Origin: Gemmatimonadota bacterium
Lineage (GTDB): Bacteria > JBHIER01 > G020348925
Assembly (NCBI GenBank): GCA_020348925.1
Contig: CP070758.1
Coordinates: forward strand, 3,921,688 to 3,985,687
Reading direction: 5' to 3'
DNA: 64,000 bases
Position numbers and translations under genes: made by a program. The notes under the pieces were generated by a model. That model did no database searches, had not been told where the DNA came from, and worked only from the letters and a program-made list of their open reading frames with translations. Below, piece by piece: positions 1 to 10,321 of the stretch. How positions within the stretch are numbered: the first letter of the stretch is position 1; the number at the start of each line of letters is the position of its first letter.

Positions 1-121
1 TGTTAGGATTGGTGGACGGTGAATCGTTCAGGGCTCACGGAGTGAGGGGGTGGAAGAGCAACAGAAGATATGAGAAAGGAGCGCATCACCAAGATCGTGA
101 AACCGGTAAGGAGAATTCTCA

Positions 122-724
122 GTGAACCTTTTGGACTTAGCAATCTTAGTGTTTTTGGGCTTTTTTCTCTACACAGGCCGCAAAAAGGGGCTCATCCGTG
201 AGACCTTCGGTCTCATAGCTGTTCTGGGGGCACTCATTCTCGCCGTTGTCTATATGGACACCGGCGTTTTGCTTCTCATTGATTTGGCTGATGTGCCTTT
301 GGCCGTGGCTCTCGCTATCAGTTTTCTGCTTATTTTTATAGTTGTTTTTATAACCATACGGATAATTGGTGCCGTCCTTTCAAAGCTTATTCGATTGACC
401 CTCCTGGGATGGTTGGACCGCTTAGGGGGGTTGTTTTTTGGATTCGTAAAGGGACTTCTCTTTGCCAGCCTCATCCTGCTGGGATTAACGCTTCTTTCCT
501 GGCCCCGTAATATCGAGTCGTATATCGATTATTCCACCTTAGGGCCTTCCGTTCAGACGGTTGCGCCCCGAATGTTTAACCGCGTGAAGTTCCTCACCCC
601 GGCGGCAAAGTCCATTTATCAGGAGTTTCTTGAAAGTTTGAGTGACAGCGGGACCGTCAACCCCGGAGAGCTGAAAGAAAAAGCATTGAAAAGGATTCTG
701 GGTATCCTCGAAGGGGCTGGGTAG
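122..724 (+). CDS. cvpA: CvpA (colicin V production) family membrane protein
   Basis: N-terminal MNLLDLAIL...GRKKGLIRE, four hydrophobic segments, LGWLDRLGGLFFG motif; usual synteny with mutS2. Confidence 0.9.
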   Translation: MNLLDLAILVFLGFFLYTGRKKGLIRETFGLIAVLGALILAVVYMDTGVLLLIDLADVPLAVALAISFLLIFIVVFITIRIIGAVLSKLIRLTLLGWLDRLGGLFFGFVKGLLFASLILLGLTLLSWPRNIESYIDYSTLGPSVQTVAPRMFNRVKFLTPAAKSIYQEFLESLSDSGTVNPGELKEKALKRILGILEGAG

Positions 725-3112
725 GTGGGCCACAACCCTGTGATCGATGCCCCGACGTGCTCGGTTCTGGAGTTCGACAAGATCAGAGAAATTTTGGCCG
801 GATTCACCCTCTGCCCGATAGGATACGAGCTCGCGAACCGCCTCGCCCCCATTCAGGATGCGGATCAGCTCGAGCTGTTGCAGGATCAGGTGAGCGAGCT
901 GAAGGCTCTGCGCCAGTTTGATGATCCCTTCCCTCTGGCGACCTGTGAGGATATCAGACCCATTCTCAAAAAGTGTCGGATCGAGGGGATGGTTCTTGCC
1001 CCACCCGAGATTCTGAAAATCCATCACATCCTACAGACGGCGCGGTTGGTGAAGGAGTATGTCGAGGAGCGCCGGACAAAATATCTTCTCCTCTCAGAGG
1101 TCGTTGAGCCCATCACAGGCTTTCCGGATTTTGAGAAAAAGGTGTCCAAAATATTCGACGACAAGGGGGAACTATCGGATAATGCCAGCGAAGCGCTGCG
1201 AAACATCCGGCGTGAACAAAAGCAAGCCCACGATGCGTTGCGCAAAACTTTGGACAAAGCCCTCACCGAGTTTCAGAGAAAAGGTGCCGTCCAGGAAGCG
1301 GTCATCACGATTCGAGAGGGGCGGTTTGTTCTGCCGGTAAAGGTCGAGCACCGGAATACGGTCGAAGGTGTGGTCCATGATCAGTCCGCCAGCGGGGCAA
1401 CTCTGTTCATCGAACCGCTTTCCGTTATTGAGCGGAATAACCGGCTGCGTGAGCTGCAGCTTTCGGAGAGACGGGAAATTCGCACAATCCTGACCGATCT
1501 GACCAAGTGGATAGGCCAGCATGCCGATGGGATCGGGATCGCTGCGCAGCAGTTGGGGGAGGTGGATTTTATTCATGCCAAGGCGACCATGTCTCTTGAA
1601 TTTGAGGGAACGAGGCCGATCCTCAATAGAGAGAATCGGATCGAAATTGTCGGTGGCAAGCATCCCCTGTTGATGAGGAGAGAGAGTTCGGCCAAGGAGA
1701 AAGTGGTGCCGTTAAACCTGAAGCTGGGTGATGGTTTTCGAACCCTCGTCATTACCGGCCCGAATGCCGGAGGCAAGACGGTCGCCCTGAAGACCGTCGG
1801 CTTGCTGATCCTCATGGCCCAATCGGGAATGCACGTGCCCGCTGCTGAGGGCACTGAGTTGGCCGTATTCGACCTCGTCTTCGCCGATATTGGCGACCAA
1901 CAGTCGATCGAACGGGACCTGAGCAGTTTTTCGGCCCATCTCCAGCAGTTGAAGATCGTCGTGGAAAAATCTGACGAGAGAAGCCTTGTCCTCATCGATG
2001 AACTCGGTGCAGGCACTGATCCCGACGAGGGTTCGGCCCTGGGCATGGCCGCTTTGGAAGTCTTAACGGCGAGAGGTGGATGTATGGTTGTGACAACACA
2101 CCACGGTGCACTCAAAGCCTTTGCACATCAACATCCTGACATGGAGAACGGGTCCATGGAGTTCGACCATCGCACCCTGCAGCCGACCTATCGATTCTGC
2201 TCCGGGATACCCGGGAGCAGCTATGCCTTTCAGATTGCCAACAGGTTGGGCCTGGATTCGAAGGTGACCTCGTTGGCTGAGTCATATGTTGGGGAGAAGG
2301 GACGGAGGGTGGAGGAGTTGATCGCCCAACTCAATCGAAGCCACCAGTTGTATGAGGAGAGAAGGCGGAGTGCCGAGGATGAGGACCGTCGTTTGAAGCA
2401 CCTTGTTACGGAGTATGAGGGAAAAGTGGCCTCGGCCAAGAAGGAGGCCAAGGAGATTCGGCGGGAAGCCTATGAACAGGCGGATGACGTTCTGGCCAGG
2501 GCGAATGCCCTTCTTGAAAAGACCGTGGCGGAGATCCGCAGAGAACAGGCGGCCAGGGAAATCATCAGGAAGGCGAAGAAGGAGGTGGCCGAAGTCCGAC
2601 ACGAGGTGCAGCGGGGGCTCGAGGAGAACCTCATTGATGATGATAAGGGATTCGAGCGCGTGACTCCCGGCCAGGAGGTGTGGATTCCCTCGTTGAACGC
2701 CCGCGGGACAGTCCTGACGGAGCCCGATTCGAACCGACGAGTGCTCCTCCAGGCCGGCAGGGCGAAAGTGGAATTGTCTCTTTCCCAGTTGAAGCCGGCA
2801 GAGGACAAAGGGGATATGCCTCGATACGGGGGTGGTGGAGTCAGTTATACCAGGGAAAGGGACATATCCACAGAGGTGAGTGTGCTGGGGATGACGGGTG
2901 ATGAGGCCTGCGATATCCTCGAAAAATACTTGGACGATGCTTTTGTGACCGGTTTGAGTTCGGTGCGGGTTATTCACGGAAAAGGGACAGGTGCGCTGCG
3001 GGAGCGGATTCATCAATTCTTGGAGGGTTGCCCGCGAGTCAAGGCGAAACGACTGGGAAATTGGGACGAGGGAGGGGCAGGAGTGACCGTTGTGGAACTC
3101 ACCAGAATGTGA
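725..3112 (+). CDS. mutS2: Endonuclease MutS2
   Basis: LEFDKI N-terminus, HDQSASGATLFIEP, Walker A ITGPNAGGKT, DELGAGTDP, C-terminal Smr domain IHGKGTGALR. Confidence 0.97.
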   Translation: MGHNPVIDAPTCSVLEFDKIREILAGFTLCPIGYELANRLAPIQDADQLELLQDQVSELKALRQFDDPFPLATCEDIRPILKKCRIEGMVLAPPEILKIHHILQTARLVKEYVEERRTKYLLLSEVVEPITGFPDFEKKVSKIFDDKGELSDNASEALRNIRREQKQAHDALRKTLDKALTEFQRKGAVQEAVITIREGRFVLPVKVEHRNTVEGVVHDQSASGATLFIEPLSVIERNNRLRELQLSERREIRTILTDLTKWIGQHADGIGIAAQQLGEVDFIHAKATMSLEFEGTRPILNRENRIEIVGGKHPLLMRRESSAKEKVVPLNLKLGDGFRTLVITGPNAGGKTVALKTVGLLILMAQSGMHVPAAEGTELAVFDLVFADIGDQQSIERDLSSFSAHLQQLKIVVEKSDERSLVLIDELGAGTDPDEGSALGMAALEVLTARGGCMVVTTHHGALKAFAHQHPDMENGSMEFDHRTLQPTYRFCSGIPGSSYAFQIANRLGLDSKVTSLAESYVGEKGRRVEELIAQLNRSHQLYEERRRSAEDEDRRLKHLVTEYEGKVASAKKEAKEIRREAYEQADDVLARANALLEKTVAEIRREQAAREIIRKAKKEVAEVRHEVQRGLEENLIDDDKGFERVTPGQEVWIPSLNARGTVLTEPDSNRRVLLQAGRAKVELSLSQLKPAEDKGDMPRYGGGGVSYTRERDISTEVSVLGMTGDEACDILEKYLDDAFVTGLSSVRVIHGKGTGALRERIHQFLEGCPRVKAKRLGNWDEGGAGVTVVELTRM

Positions 3113-3352
3113 TGTCTGCCGTTCTCTCAGTTTTTTCTCGGCTGAGGTCATTTGAGAACCCACAAACTCTTGTGAGTAGCAATAAGTTTTTCCTTGTAAG
3201 TCCATCGTATTTTTCCTAATATATTCATCACAAAACGGAACGTGGATATACTCCTGAGAGGAGTAATCCTCAAGCCTTCATTCTGATGCCGCCTCTTCTT
3301 TGCGCGACGCATTGCGCATCAAAAGAGTGTTCTGATTTGGGAGCAAAGGAAG

Positions 3353-5149
3353 ATGCCCTTTCGTATTTCGAATGATATCGTCGATGAGGTCCGAAATCGG
3401 ACGGATGTTGTCGAGCTGATTTCAGAGTTCCTGCCGTTGAAGAAACGCGGCAAGAACTACTTTGGACTCTGTCCTTTCCATCACGAGAAAGCACCTTCCT
3501 TCAGCGTCAATCCGGAGCGGCAAATTTTTCATTGTTTCGGCTGCGGAAAGGGGGGGAACGTATTCACGTTCCTCATGGAATACGAGAAGTTGGGTTTCTG
3601 GGAAGCGCTCACATATCTGGCCAGAAGGGCACACGTCAATCTTCCGAAGAGACGTGCCGATGCACAGCAGGGGGCGGACTCTGATACCCTGTTCTCCGCC
3701 AACACCTTTGCAGCCGAGTTCTATCACAGAGTCCTCCTCCGGTCGAACGCCGGGAAAAGGGCTCTGGAATACTTGGAAAAGAGAGGTTTTTCCAGAGAGA
3801 TGATGAACCTGTTCCGCCTCGGCTATGCACCACCGGGCTGGAGCAATCTCTTGGATGCACCGGAGAGAGAAATATCCCCTGACGTGTTGAAAAAAGCGGG
3901 TCTCGTCGTTCCAAGGGAGAAAGGGGGGGGATACTACGACCGATTTCGGGATCGAGTGATGTTTCCCATTACCAATCTTACGGGCAACGTCGTCGCCTTC
4001 GGGGGTCGCCTCCTGTCCGAAAGTGAGGAACAACCGAAGTACGTCAATTCGCCGGAGACATCTATTTACAACAAGGGCAAGACACTTTACGGGCTGTTTC
4101 AGGCCAAAGGTGCCGTTCGTGAAACCGGGCGTGTCATCGTGGTGGAGGGCTATACGGATTTGATCAGCCTCTTTCAAGCCGGCGTTCAAAACGTAGTGGC
4201 TTCTTCAGGCACCGCCTTCACACCGGACCAGGCTCGATTGATCGGCCGGTACACGAAGAACGTCATTCTCCTCTTCGATGCGGATAGGGCCGGCGCGGAG
4301 GCTGCCCTTCGCGGTGTGGAGACCCTATTTGACAACGGCTTGGACGTCACTATCGCTTCACTTCCGGCCGGTGCGGATCCAGACAGCTATGTCCGCGAGA
4401 AGGGAAAAGATGGGTTATCGGCTCTTTTGCGTAAGACCGATTCGTTCGTTGATTTTATCATGAAGAGGACAAGCGAAACCCACGATATGAGCACTGTTGA
4501 GGGAATGGCTCGAGCGGTCGAAACCGTTGTCGAGGTGTTGGCCAAGCAAAAGGATGAAGTGAAGCGAAGTTTATGGATTAAAAAGATTTCCGAGGAGTTC
4601 TCAATTGAGGAGCGGGTGATTCAACGCTCTGTCAATACCGCGAGAAGACGCGGAGACGTTCCGAAAGAGGAGCAGGCCCTCGAGACGACGCAGCCGACGT
4701 CAAAGACGGCCGAACAGGGCCTGTTGCAGCTCATCTTGGCCAAAGGGCATCTGCTTGAGAACGTGATGGCTGATCTTGCCCTCGACGATTTCGAACAGCC
4801 TGACGTGCGCGAGGTCGTCGAGCTCATGTGCGATCTTCGGAGAGAGGATGAAGCCTTTGACACTGCTCTTCTTATCGACAAATTACGTCGTCCTTCTGCC
4901 AAGAATTTGGTCTCACGCCTGGCCATGGAGGACGTGCCCTCAGACGAACCTGATCGCCTGTATTACGATTACGTGTTTTTCATAAGGAGAGCACGAATTT
5001 CGAAAGAATTGCGAGACGTTCAGGAGGCTCTGAAAAAGGCTCAGAAGCAGGGGGATGATGGCCTCGTTCTGAAGCTGACGGCCCAGTTTCAGGAGTTGTG
5101 TCGTTTGAAGGAAAAGCAAAAAAAAGGTGCTCCTCTCAACAGAGAGTAG
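3353..5149 (+). CDS. dnaG: DNA primase
   Basis: Zn-binding CPFHHEK...CFGC, KYVNSPET, TOPRIM VVEGYTD and FDADRAG, DPDS. Confidence 0.97.
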   Translation: MPFRISNDIVDEVRNRTDVVELISEFLPLKKRGKNYFGLCPFHHEKAPSFSVNPERQIFHCFGCGKGGNVFTFLMEYEKLGFWEALTYLARRAHVNLPKRRADAQQGADSDTLFSANTFAAEFYHRVLLRSNAGKRALEYLEKRGFSREMMNLFRLGYAPPGWSNLLDAPEREISPDVLKKAGLVVPREKGGGYYDRFRDRVMFPITNLTGNVVAFGGRLLSESEEQPKYVNSPETSIYNKGKTLYGLFQAKGAVRETGRVIVVEGYTDLISLFQAGVQNVVASSGTAFTPDQARLIGRYTKNVILLFDADRAGAEAALRGVETLFDNGLDVTIASLPAGADPDSYVREKGKDGLSALLRKTDSFVDFIMKRTSETHDMSTVEGMARAVETVVEVLAKQKDEVKRSLWIKKISEEFSIEERVIQRSVNTARRRGDVPKEEQALETTQPTSKTAEQGLLQLILAKGHLLENVMADLALDDFEQPDVREVVELMCDLRREDEAFDTALLIDKLRRPSAKNLVSRLAMEDVPSDEPDRLYYDYVFFIRRARISKELRDVQEALKKAQKQGDDGLVLKLTAQFQELCRLKEKQKKGAPLNRE

Positions 5150-5193
5150 CACCTTCAAATTTTCAAGGAGAACCGTCCGGGATGCTGTGCTCT

Positions 5194-6072
5194 TTACTGT
5201 GAATACTTGTCGGGATTCTCTAAAAGTTCGATTTCGTATTCGGCGGCTCTTCTGTATTTCGGATTCTTCGCCGCGTTTCTGTATTCGGCGATGGCATTGT
5301 CATACTGTCCCAGTTTTTTGTAGGCGTCGCCCAATTCCAGGTGGGCCGGGGCGTAGTTCGCTTTGTGCTTGAGACAGCTGTTGGCCGCGTTGATTGCCTC
5401 CACATGGTTGCCAACTTTATTGTAGGCAGCGGCCAATCGGTAATACGCCACCCCATCGGTCGGTTTAATCCCAATTGCTTTCTTATACGCCTCAATCGCC
5501 TCTTCGTGGTTTCCCAAATTTGAAAGAGCGACACCGAGATTTTTATACGCTTTATCGTAGGTAGAGTCCAGCGTTGTGGCTCTCTGAAAGGCGTCGGCAG
5601 CCTTTTCGTTGTCTTTCAGTTTGAGGTGACAATATCCCATACTGTAGAATGCCTTCGGGTAATCGGTATTATTATTGATGGCTTGACCGAAGGACTCGAT
5701 TGCCTTTGCATAACTCTCTTTTTGCTGCTGGATCAGACCACGGGCGTAGTGGGCTTCCGCATAGCGGGGATTGATCGTCACCGCTTTTTGATAGGCATAT
5801 TCTGCCCGGTCATAATTCTTGTTCCGTTTGTAGGCGGTGCCCAGTGCGTACCAGGCAGAGACGTTGAGCGAGTCCAGATTCAGTGAGGCCTGGAATTCCG
5901 CGATGGCCTCGGTCAAATTCCCAGCTCGAGTCAACTCCAATCCTCTGTTGTACTTTTCCGCAGCCTCGACATTTTGAGCCTGGGCATCCTGCGCTGAAAG
6001 CGACAGCGGGAAAAGCAGCAAGGCCATGATTCCACACACAAAAACAGATCGATATAACGACATCTTCACCAT
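5194..6072 (-). CDS. Secreted tetratricopeptide-repeat protein
   Basis: Signal peptide (LLLFPLSLSAQ) followed by about 7 TPR units (AWYALG, AHYARG, AYKNLG, AHLELG); GGAGG RBS before ATG 6072. Confidence 0.85.
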   Translation of the reverse strand: MVKMSLYRSVFVCGIMALLLFPLSLSAQDAQAQNVEAAEKYNRGLELTRAGNLTEAIAEFQASLNLDSLNVSAWYALGTAYKRNKNYDRAEYAYQKAVTINPRYAEAHYARGLIQQQKESYAKAIESFGQAINNNTDYPKAFYSMGYCHLKLKDNEKAADAFQRATTLDSTYDKAYKNLGVALSNLGNHEEAIEAYKKAIGIKPTDGVAYYRLAAAYNKVGNHVEAINAANSCLKHKANYAPAHLELGDAYKKLGQYDNAIAEYRNAAKNPKYRRAAEYEIELLENPDKYSQ

Positions 6073-6127
6073 AAAAATTACCTCCAATTCTGATATTTTC
6101 TTAGCTCACTCTCCCATGGAGTTCCGA

Positions 6128-6155
6128 AATATATAAAAAAAAGGAGGGCTGTCAA
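6128..6155 (-). promoter_or_regulatory. Putative sigma70 promoter for the TPR gene
   Basis: TTGACA-N16-TATATT on the minus strand. Confidence 0.5.
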
Positions 6156-6205
6156 GGGTAAAAATCCCGACAGGACGAACTGCCGGATTCGTGACCCAAT
6201 GATCT

Positions 6206-7753
6206 TTAGCGGGCCCAGCCGGGGACGTGATTGAGGATGATTCCAAAGGCAGGCATGGCCACGATGTACGTCAGGATTGTGAGCATCATAATACCGATGA
6301 GATTCATGCCGAGGCCGGCTCTGGCCATGTCCGGAATCCTTACATACCCCGAGCCGTAGACCACTGCATTGGGTGGGGTTGCCACAGGGAGCATGAAGGC
6401 CAGTGAGGCTGCCACGGCTGCAGGGATCATCAAAAGGAGAGGGTTCTGACCCATACCGATGGCGGCTGTTCCCAAAATTGGCAGCAACATGGCAGTCGTG
6501 GCGGTGTTGGAGGTCAGTTCGGTCAGAAAGGCCGTGCTGGCCACGATGATGAGGGTTATGAAGATGGGACTGATTCCTTGCAGTCCGGTCACCCCATGGC
6601 CGATCCAGGCGTCCAGACCTGAAATCTGAAATCCTTTGCTCAGGGACAGTCCTCCTCCGAACAGAATCAGTGCTCCCCACGGTATCTTCATGGCCCATTC
6701 CCAGTTCAGGATGAATCGTCCACTACTCACACGTTCCGGCAGGAGAAAGAGGAGGATGGCGGCGCCGATAGCGATGGTCGAGTCGTCGATGAAAGGGCAG
6801 AAACTTTCCAACCCATACAATGTTACGCCAAAAAGCGTTTTTTCGGAGCGGAAGATCCAGGCCAGGGCGGCCGCAATGAAGATGATGAGCACGGTCCTTT
6901 CGCCCCGGGACATTGTGCCCATACCTCTCAATTCCCTCCGAATGGCTGCTTCACCGCCGGGGATGCCTTTCAATCTCACCGGGAAGGCGAGATTCGTCAG
7001 GTACAGCCAGGCCAGGGGCAGGACGATGCAGACCAGGGGGATGCCCACTTTCATCCACGTGACGAAATCGATGGTCCGGCCATACATTTCCGAGACGATT
7101 CCGGCGAGAATAAGGTTGGGGGGAGTTCCGATGAGGGTTCCGATGCCACCAATACTGGCCGAGTACGCGATACCGAGCATAAGAGCCGTCCCGAAGTTGA
7201 ACCGAGTTCCCCTCGTCCTGTCCATTCGGTTCTCTTTGAGAAGCTGCTGGATGTTCATAATAACGGCGAGACCGATGGGCATCATCATCACTGTTGTGGC
7301 TGTGTTGGAGATCCACATGGATAAAAAGGCTGTGGCTATCATGAATCCCAGAATGAGGCGTTTCGGTGTCAGTCCGATGGTGGCAATGATCAACAGGGCG
7401 ATTCTCCTGTGGAGGTTCCACCGCTGCATGGCCAGAGCGATGAAGAACCCTCCCATGAAGAGAAAGATGAGCGGGTTGGCGTACGGAGCGGCTGCTGTTT
7501 TTGGATCCGAAATGTGCAGGAGAGGATAGAGCGCGACAGGGATGAGGGACGTGGCGGGAATGGGTATGGCTTCGGTGACCCACCATGTGGCCATGAGGAG
7601 GGCGATGGCGGCCATTTTCTGAGCCTCGGCGGTCATACCTGATGGGGTCGGGATGATGAGGAGGATGAGGAAAACGAGAGGTCCGAGAAACAGACCGACA
7701 GCCGAACGGGTGGAATAGGACTGATGGACGTGTTGGGATTCTGTCTCAGGCAT
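6206..7753 (-). CDS. DASS/SLC13 family Na+:dicarboxylate (or sulfate) symporter
   Basis: WWVTEAIP, two SNT motifs (SMWISNTAT, TELTSNTAT), GTPPN and ATPPNA hairpin motifs, many TM segments. Confidence 0.93.
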   Translation of the reverse strand: MPETESQHVHQSYSTRSAVGLFLGPLVFLILLIIPTPSGMTAEAQKMAAIALLMATWWVTEAIPIPATSLIPVALYPLLHISDPKTAAAPYANPLIFLFMGGFFIALAMQRWNLHRRIALLIIATIGLTPKRLILGFMIATAFLSMWISNTATTVMMMPIGLAVIMNIQQLLKENRMDRTRGTRFNFGTALMLGIAYSASIGGIGTLIGTPPNLILAGIVSEMYGRTIDFVTWMKVGIPLVCIVLPLAWLYLTNLAFPVRLKGIPGGEAAIRRELRGMGTMSRGERTVLIIFIAAALAWIFRSEKTLFGVTLYGLESFCPFIDDSTIAIGAAILLFLLPERVSSGRFILNWEWAMKIPWGALILFGGGLSLSKGFQISGLDAWIGHGVTGLQGISPIFITLIIVASTAFLTELTSNTATTAMLLPILGTAAIGMGQNPLLLMIPAAVAASLAFMLPVATPPNAVVYGSGYVRIPDMARAGLGMNLIGIMMLTILTYIVAMPAFGIILNHVPGWAR

Positions 7754-7783
7754 GCGTTCAAAGAGTATGAAATTCAGGACGGA

Positions 7784-8002
7784 TCATGGCTTTTCGCGAG
7801 AGTCCTCCTCGATCTCTTCAAACGTCGCATCCTCGATCTCCGCCTCATCGATGTCGCTTCGTATAGGTTGCTCGGACCTTGTGGCTCCCCCCACTTCCGT
7901 CCCCTCACTTCGCCTGTGCTCGAAGAAGTTGCCGAAGAGACTCTTGATTAAACGATACACGATATATATCAACAGGAGATACAATAAGAATCGTATAAAC
8001 AT
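7784..8002 (-). CDS. Small membrane-anchored hypothetical protein
   Basis: MFIRFLLYLLLIYIVYRLIKS TM helix and acidic tail IEDATFEEIE; lies in front of the DASS gene. Confidence 0.7.
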   Translation of the reverse strand: MFIRFLLYLLLIYIVYRLIKSLFGNFFEHRRSEGTEVGGATRSEQPIRSDIDEAEIEDATFEEIEEDSREKP

Positions 8003-8132
8003 CGTCGGTATCCACAAACACTGTGCATTGTTGTTCAAGTGTGGCGATATGTGTATAGCTGGAGCAACAAAGCAGTTTCCCATAAATACATCATTTTCAT
8101 CCCATATGCAAGGAAAAAATTAAAATTTCCGG

Positions 8133-8161
8133 TTGACTTTTCACGGGAAAAGCCATATACT
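8133..8161 (+). promoter_or_regulatory. Putative sigma70 promoter for fbp
   Basis: TTGACT-N17-TATACT. Confidence 0.65.
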
Positions 8162-8246
8162 ACACTTTCCCGCAAGGGATTGATCCGGTTCGGTTACGAA
8201 TAGTCTGGTGTATCTCAAGTTCATTTCAACCGAGAGGAGGGTCCCA

Positions 8247-9350
8247 ATGCCCGATAAGATCACCCTGAGTGTTATCAAAGCGGATATTGGCGGTTATGTG
8301 GGCCATTCAAGCTCGCATCCTCAGATCTTGAAGAAGGCTGAGGAACGGCTCGATAAGGCTCGTCATAAAAAACTGCTGGTCGATTTTTATGTGACCCACT
8401 GCGGTGACGACCTTGAGCTCATTATGACACATCGCAAAGGCACCGAGGATCAGGAAGTCCACGAGCTGGCGTGGAACACCTTTGTTCAATGCACGGAGGA
8501 GGCGAAGAAACTGAAACTCTACGGTGCCGGTCAGGATTTACTCAAGGACGCCTTTTCGGGGAACGTCAAGGGGATGGGACCCGGGATCGCGGAGATGGAG
8601 TTTGTGGAACGGAAGAGCGAGCCCATCATCATATTCATGGCCGATAAGACGTCTCCGGGAGCGTGGAGTATGCCGGTATTCAGAATGTTCGCGGATCCTT
8701 TTAACACGGCAGGGCTCATTATCGACACCAACATGCACGGCGGCTTCGTCTTTGAAGTCATGGATATCAAGGAGAACAAGACCATCAGGCTCTCCTGTCC
8801 CGAGGAGATGTATGATTTGCTGGCCTTCATCGGTTCCATCAACCGCTTTATGATCAAAGCCGTCTACCGCAAGAGCGATGGGGAGATCGGTGCCGCGGCT
8901 TCAACGGACCGTCTGAGCCTCATCGCCGGCAAGTACGTGGGCAAAGACGATCCGGTCCTCATCGTCCGCTGCCAATCAGGACTGCCGGCGGTTGGTGAGG
9001 TGTTGGAGCCTTTCGCTTTTCCGCATCTCGTGGAGGGATTCATGCGCGGATCGCATCACGGCCCCATCATGCCTGTCTCTTTCGACCAGTCTACCCCCAG
9101 CCGTTTCGACGGACCGCCACGGGTGATCGCCGCCGGATTTCAACTGGCCGATGGACGCCTCATCGGACCGCGGGACATGTTCGACGATCCGGGCTTCGAT
9201 CTGGCTCGTCAGAAAGCCAACGAGATAGCGGATTATATCCGCCACCACGGACCCTTCGAGCCCCACCGGCTCCCCATGGATGAGATGGAATACACGACCA
9301 TGCCGGATATTATGAAGAAGATGGAGGATCGGTTTCAGAAGCTGGATTAA
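8247..9350 (+). CDS. fbp: Bifunctional fructose-1,6-bisphosphate aldolase/phosphatase (class V FBPase)
   Basis: SVIKADIGG.VGH, CGDD, LYGAGQDLL, GKYVGKDDP, MRGSHHGP, RFDGPPRV, EYTT; GGAGG RBS before ATG 8247. Confidence 0.96.
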   Translation: MPDKITLSVIKADIGGYVGHSSSHPQILKKAEERLDKARHKKLLVDFYVTHCGDDLELIMTHRKGTEDQEVHELAWNTFVQCTEEAKKLKLYGAGQDLLKDAFSGNVKGMGPGIAEMEFVERKSEPIIIFMADKTSPGAWSMPVFRMFADPFNTAGLIIDTNMHGGFVFEVMDIKENKTIRLSCPEEMYDLLAFIGSINRFMIKAVYRKSDGEIGAAASTDRLSLIAGKYVGKDDPVLIVRCQSGLPAVGEVLEPFAFPHLVEGFMRGSHHGPIMPVSFDQSTPSRFDGPPRVIAAGFQLADGRLIGPRDMFDDPGFDLARQKANEIADYIRHHGPFEPHRLPMDEMEYTTMPDIMKKMEDRFQKLD

Positions 9351-9360
9351 TGCGTAACGA

Positions 9361-10224
9361 ATGAAAATTCACGGTTACATCGGTATCCTGATTATTGTCT
9401 TCGTTAAGGTTACCCTCATCTTTCAGGTGCAGCCCTTCATCTCCTGGACGACACCGACAGCGTGGACAGGATATATCCTTCTCGTGGACGCTATCATTTA
9501 CCGGTTGAAGGGCCAGTCCCTCATCTGTCATCGTCCCAAGAAATTCCTAACACTGTTGCCGCTGTCAATTGTTCTGTGGGTCATCTTTGAACTGTACAAC
9601 CTTCATCTGGTGAACTGGGAATATATCAATCTCCCGGGCAATATGGCTCTGCGACTGTTTGGGTATTGCTGGTCGTTCGCCACAATTATTCCCGCAATTG
9701 TTCTGACATCGGAGTTGTTGGAGACACTGCATCTTTTTGACAAGGCCCGAATGAAAGCTGTGCACGTCACAAGAAATGCTCTCTATTTTTGGATAGTCAT
9801 CGGGCTCGTTTTCTTAATTGCCCCTCTTCTCTTTCGGCAGTCTATTGCGGTCTATCTCTTCGGTCTTGTATGGGTAGGCTTCATCCTTGTTCTCGATCCA
9901 TTGAATAAAATTGTTGGTCGTCCGTCCCTCTTCGGAGATTTGGAAAATGGGAAACTGGACACGATTCTGTCCCTCATGGTGGCCGGGTATGTCTGCGGTC
10001 TGTTCTGGGAATTCTGGAATTACTGGGCCCACACCAAGTGGATCTACACGTTTCCCATAACCCAAAACATCAAATACTTTGAAATGCCCGTCGTGGGATT
10101 TTTGGGGTTCGGACCCTTTGCCCTTGAGCTCTTTGGCATGTACCATTTTTCCGTGTTTCTGAAGCGGAAGGCTTTTCGTGAAGAAATTCGGTTGTCCGAA
10201 AAGGTGCAGAATCGTTACCCTTAA
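9361..10224 (+). CDS. Conserved polytopic membrane protein of unknown function
   Basis: About 8 TM segments; internally repeated W..FE.YN...W.Y / WEFWN....KW.Y; EMP..GFLGF motif. Confidence 0.75.
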   Translation: MKIHGYIGILIIVFVKVTLIFQVQPFISWTTPTAWTGYILLVDAIIYRLKGQSLICHRPKKFLTLLPLSIVLWVIFELYNLHLVNWEYINLPGNMALRLFGYCWSFATIIPAIVLTSELLETLHLFDKARMKAVHVTRNALYFWIVIGLVFLIAPLLFRQSIAVYLFGLVWVGFILVLDPLNKIVGRPSLFGDLENGKLDTILSLMVAGYVCGLFWEFWNYWAHTKWIYTFPITQNIKYFEMPVVGFLGFGPFALELFGMYHFSVFLKRKAFREEIRLSEKVQNRYP

Positions 10225-10321
10225 AACCGCCAGACACAAAGATGCATTCCTCAAGAAAGCCATTGTTTATTCTTACGATGATGGTTCTGGATGAAAGCAG
10301 GTACGTTTCGGGAGTGTGACC

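Noticed and set aside
2282-3205. 307-aa antisense ORF over mutS2, and similar long shadow ORFs (3422-4189, 6636-7529, 16723-17508, 62939-63556)
   Set aside because: Opposite well-supported genes, no recognisable motifs; expected shadows of codon bias
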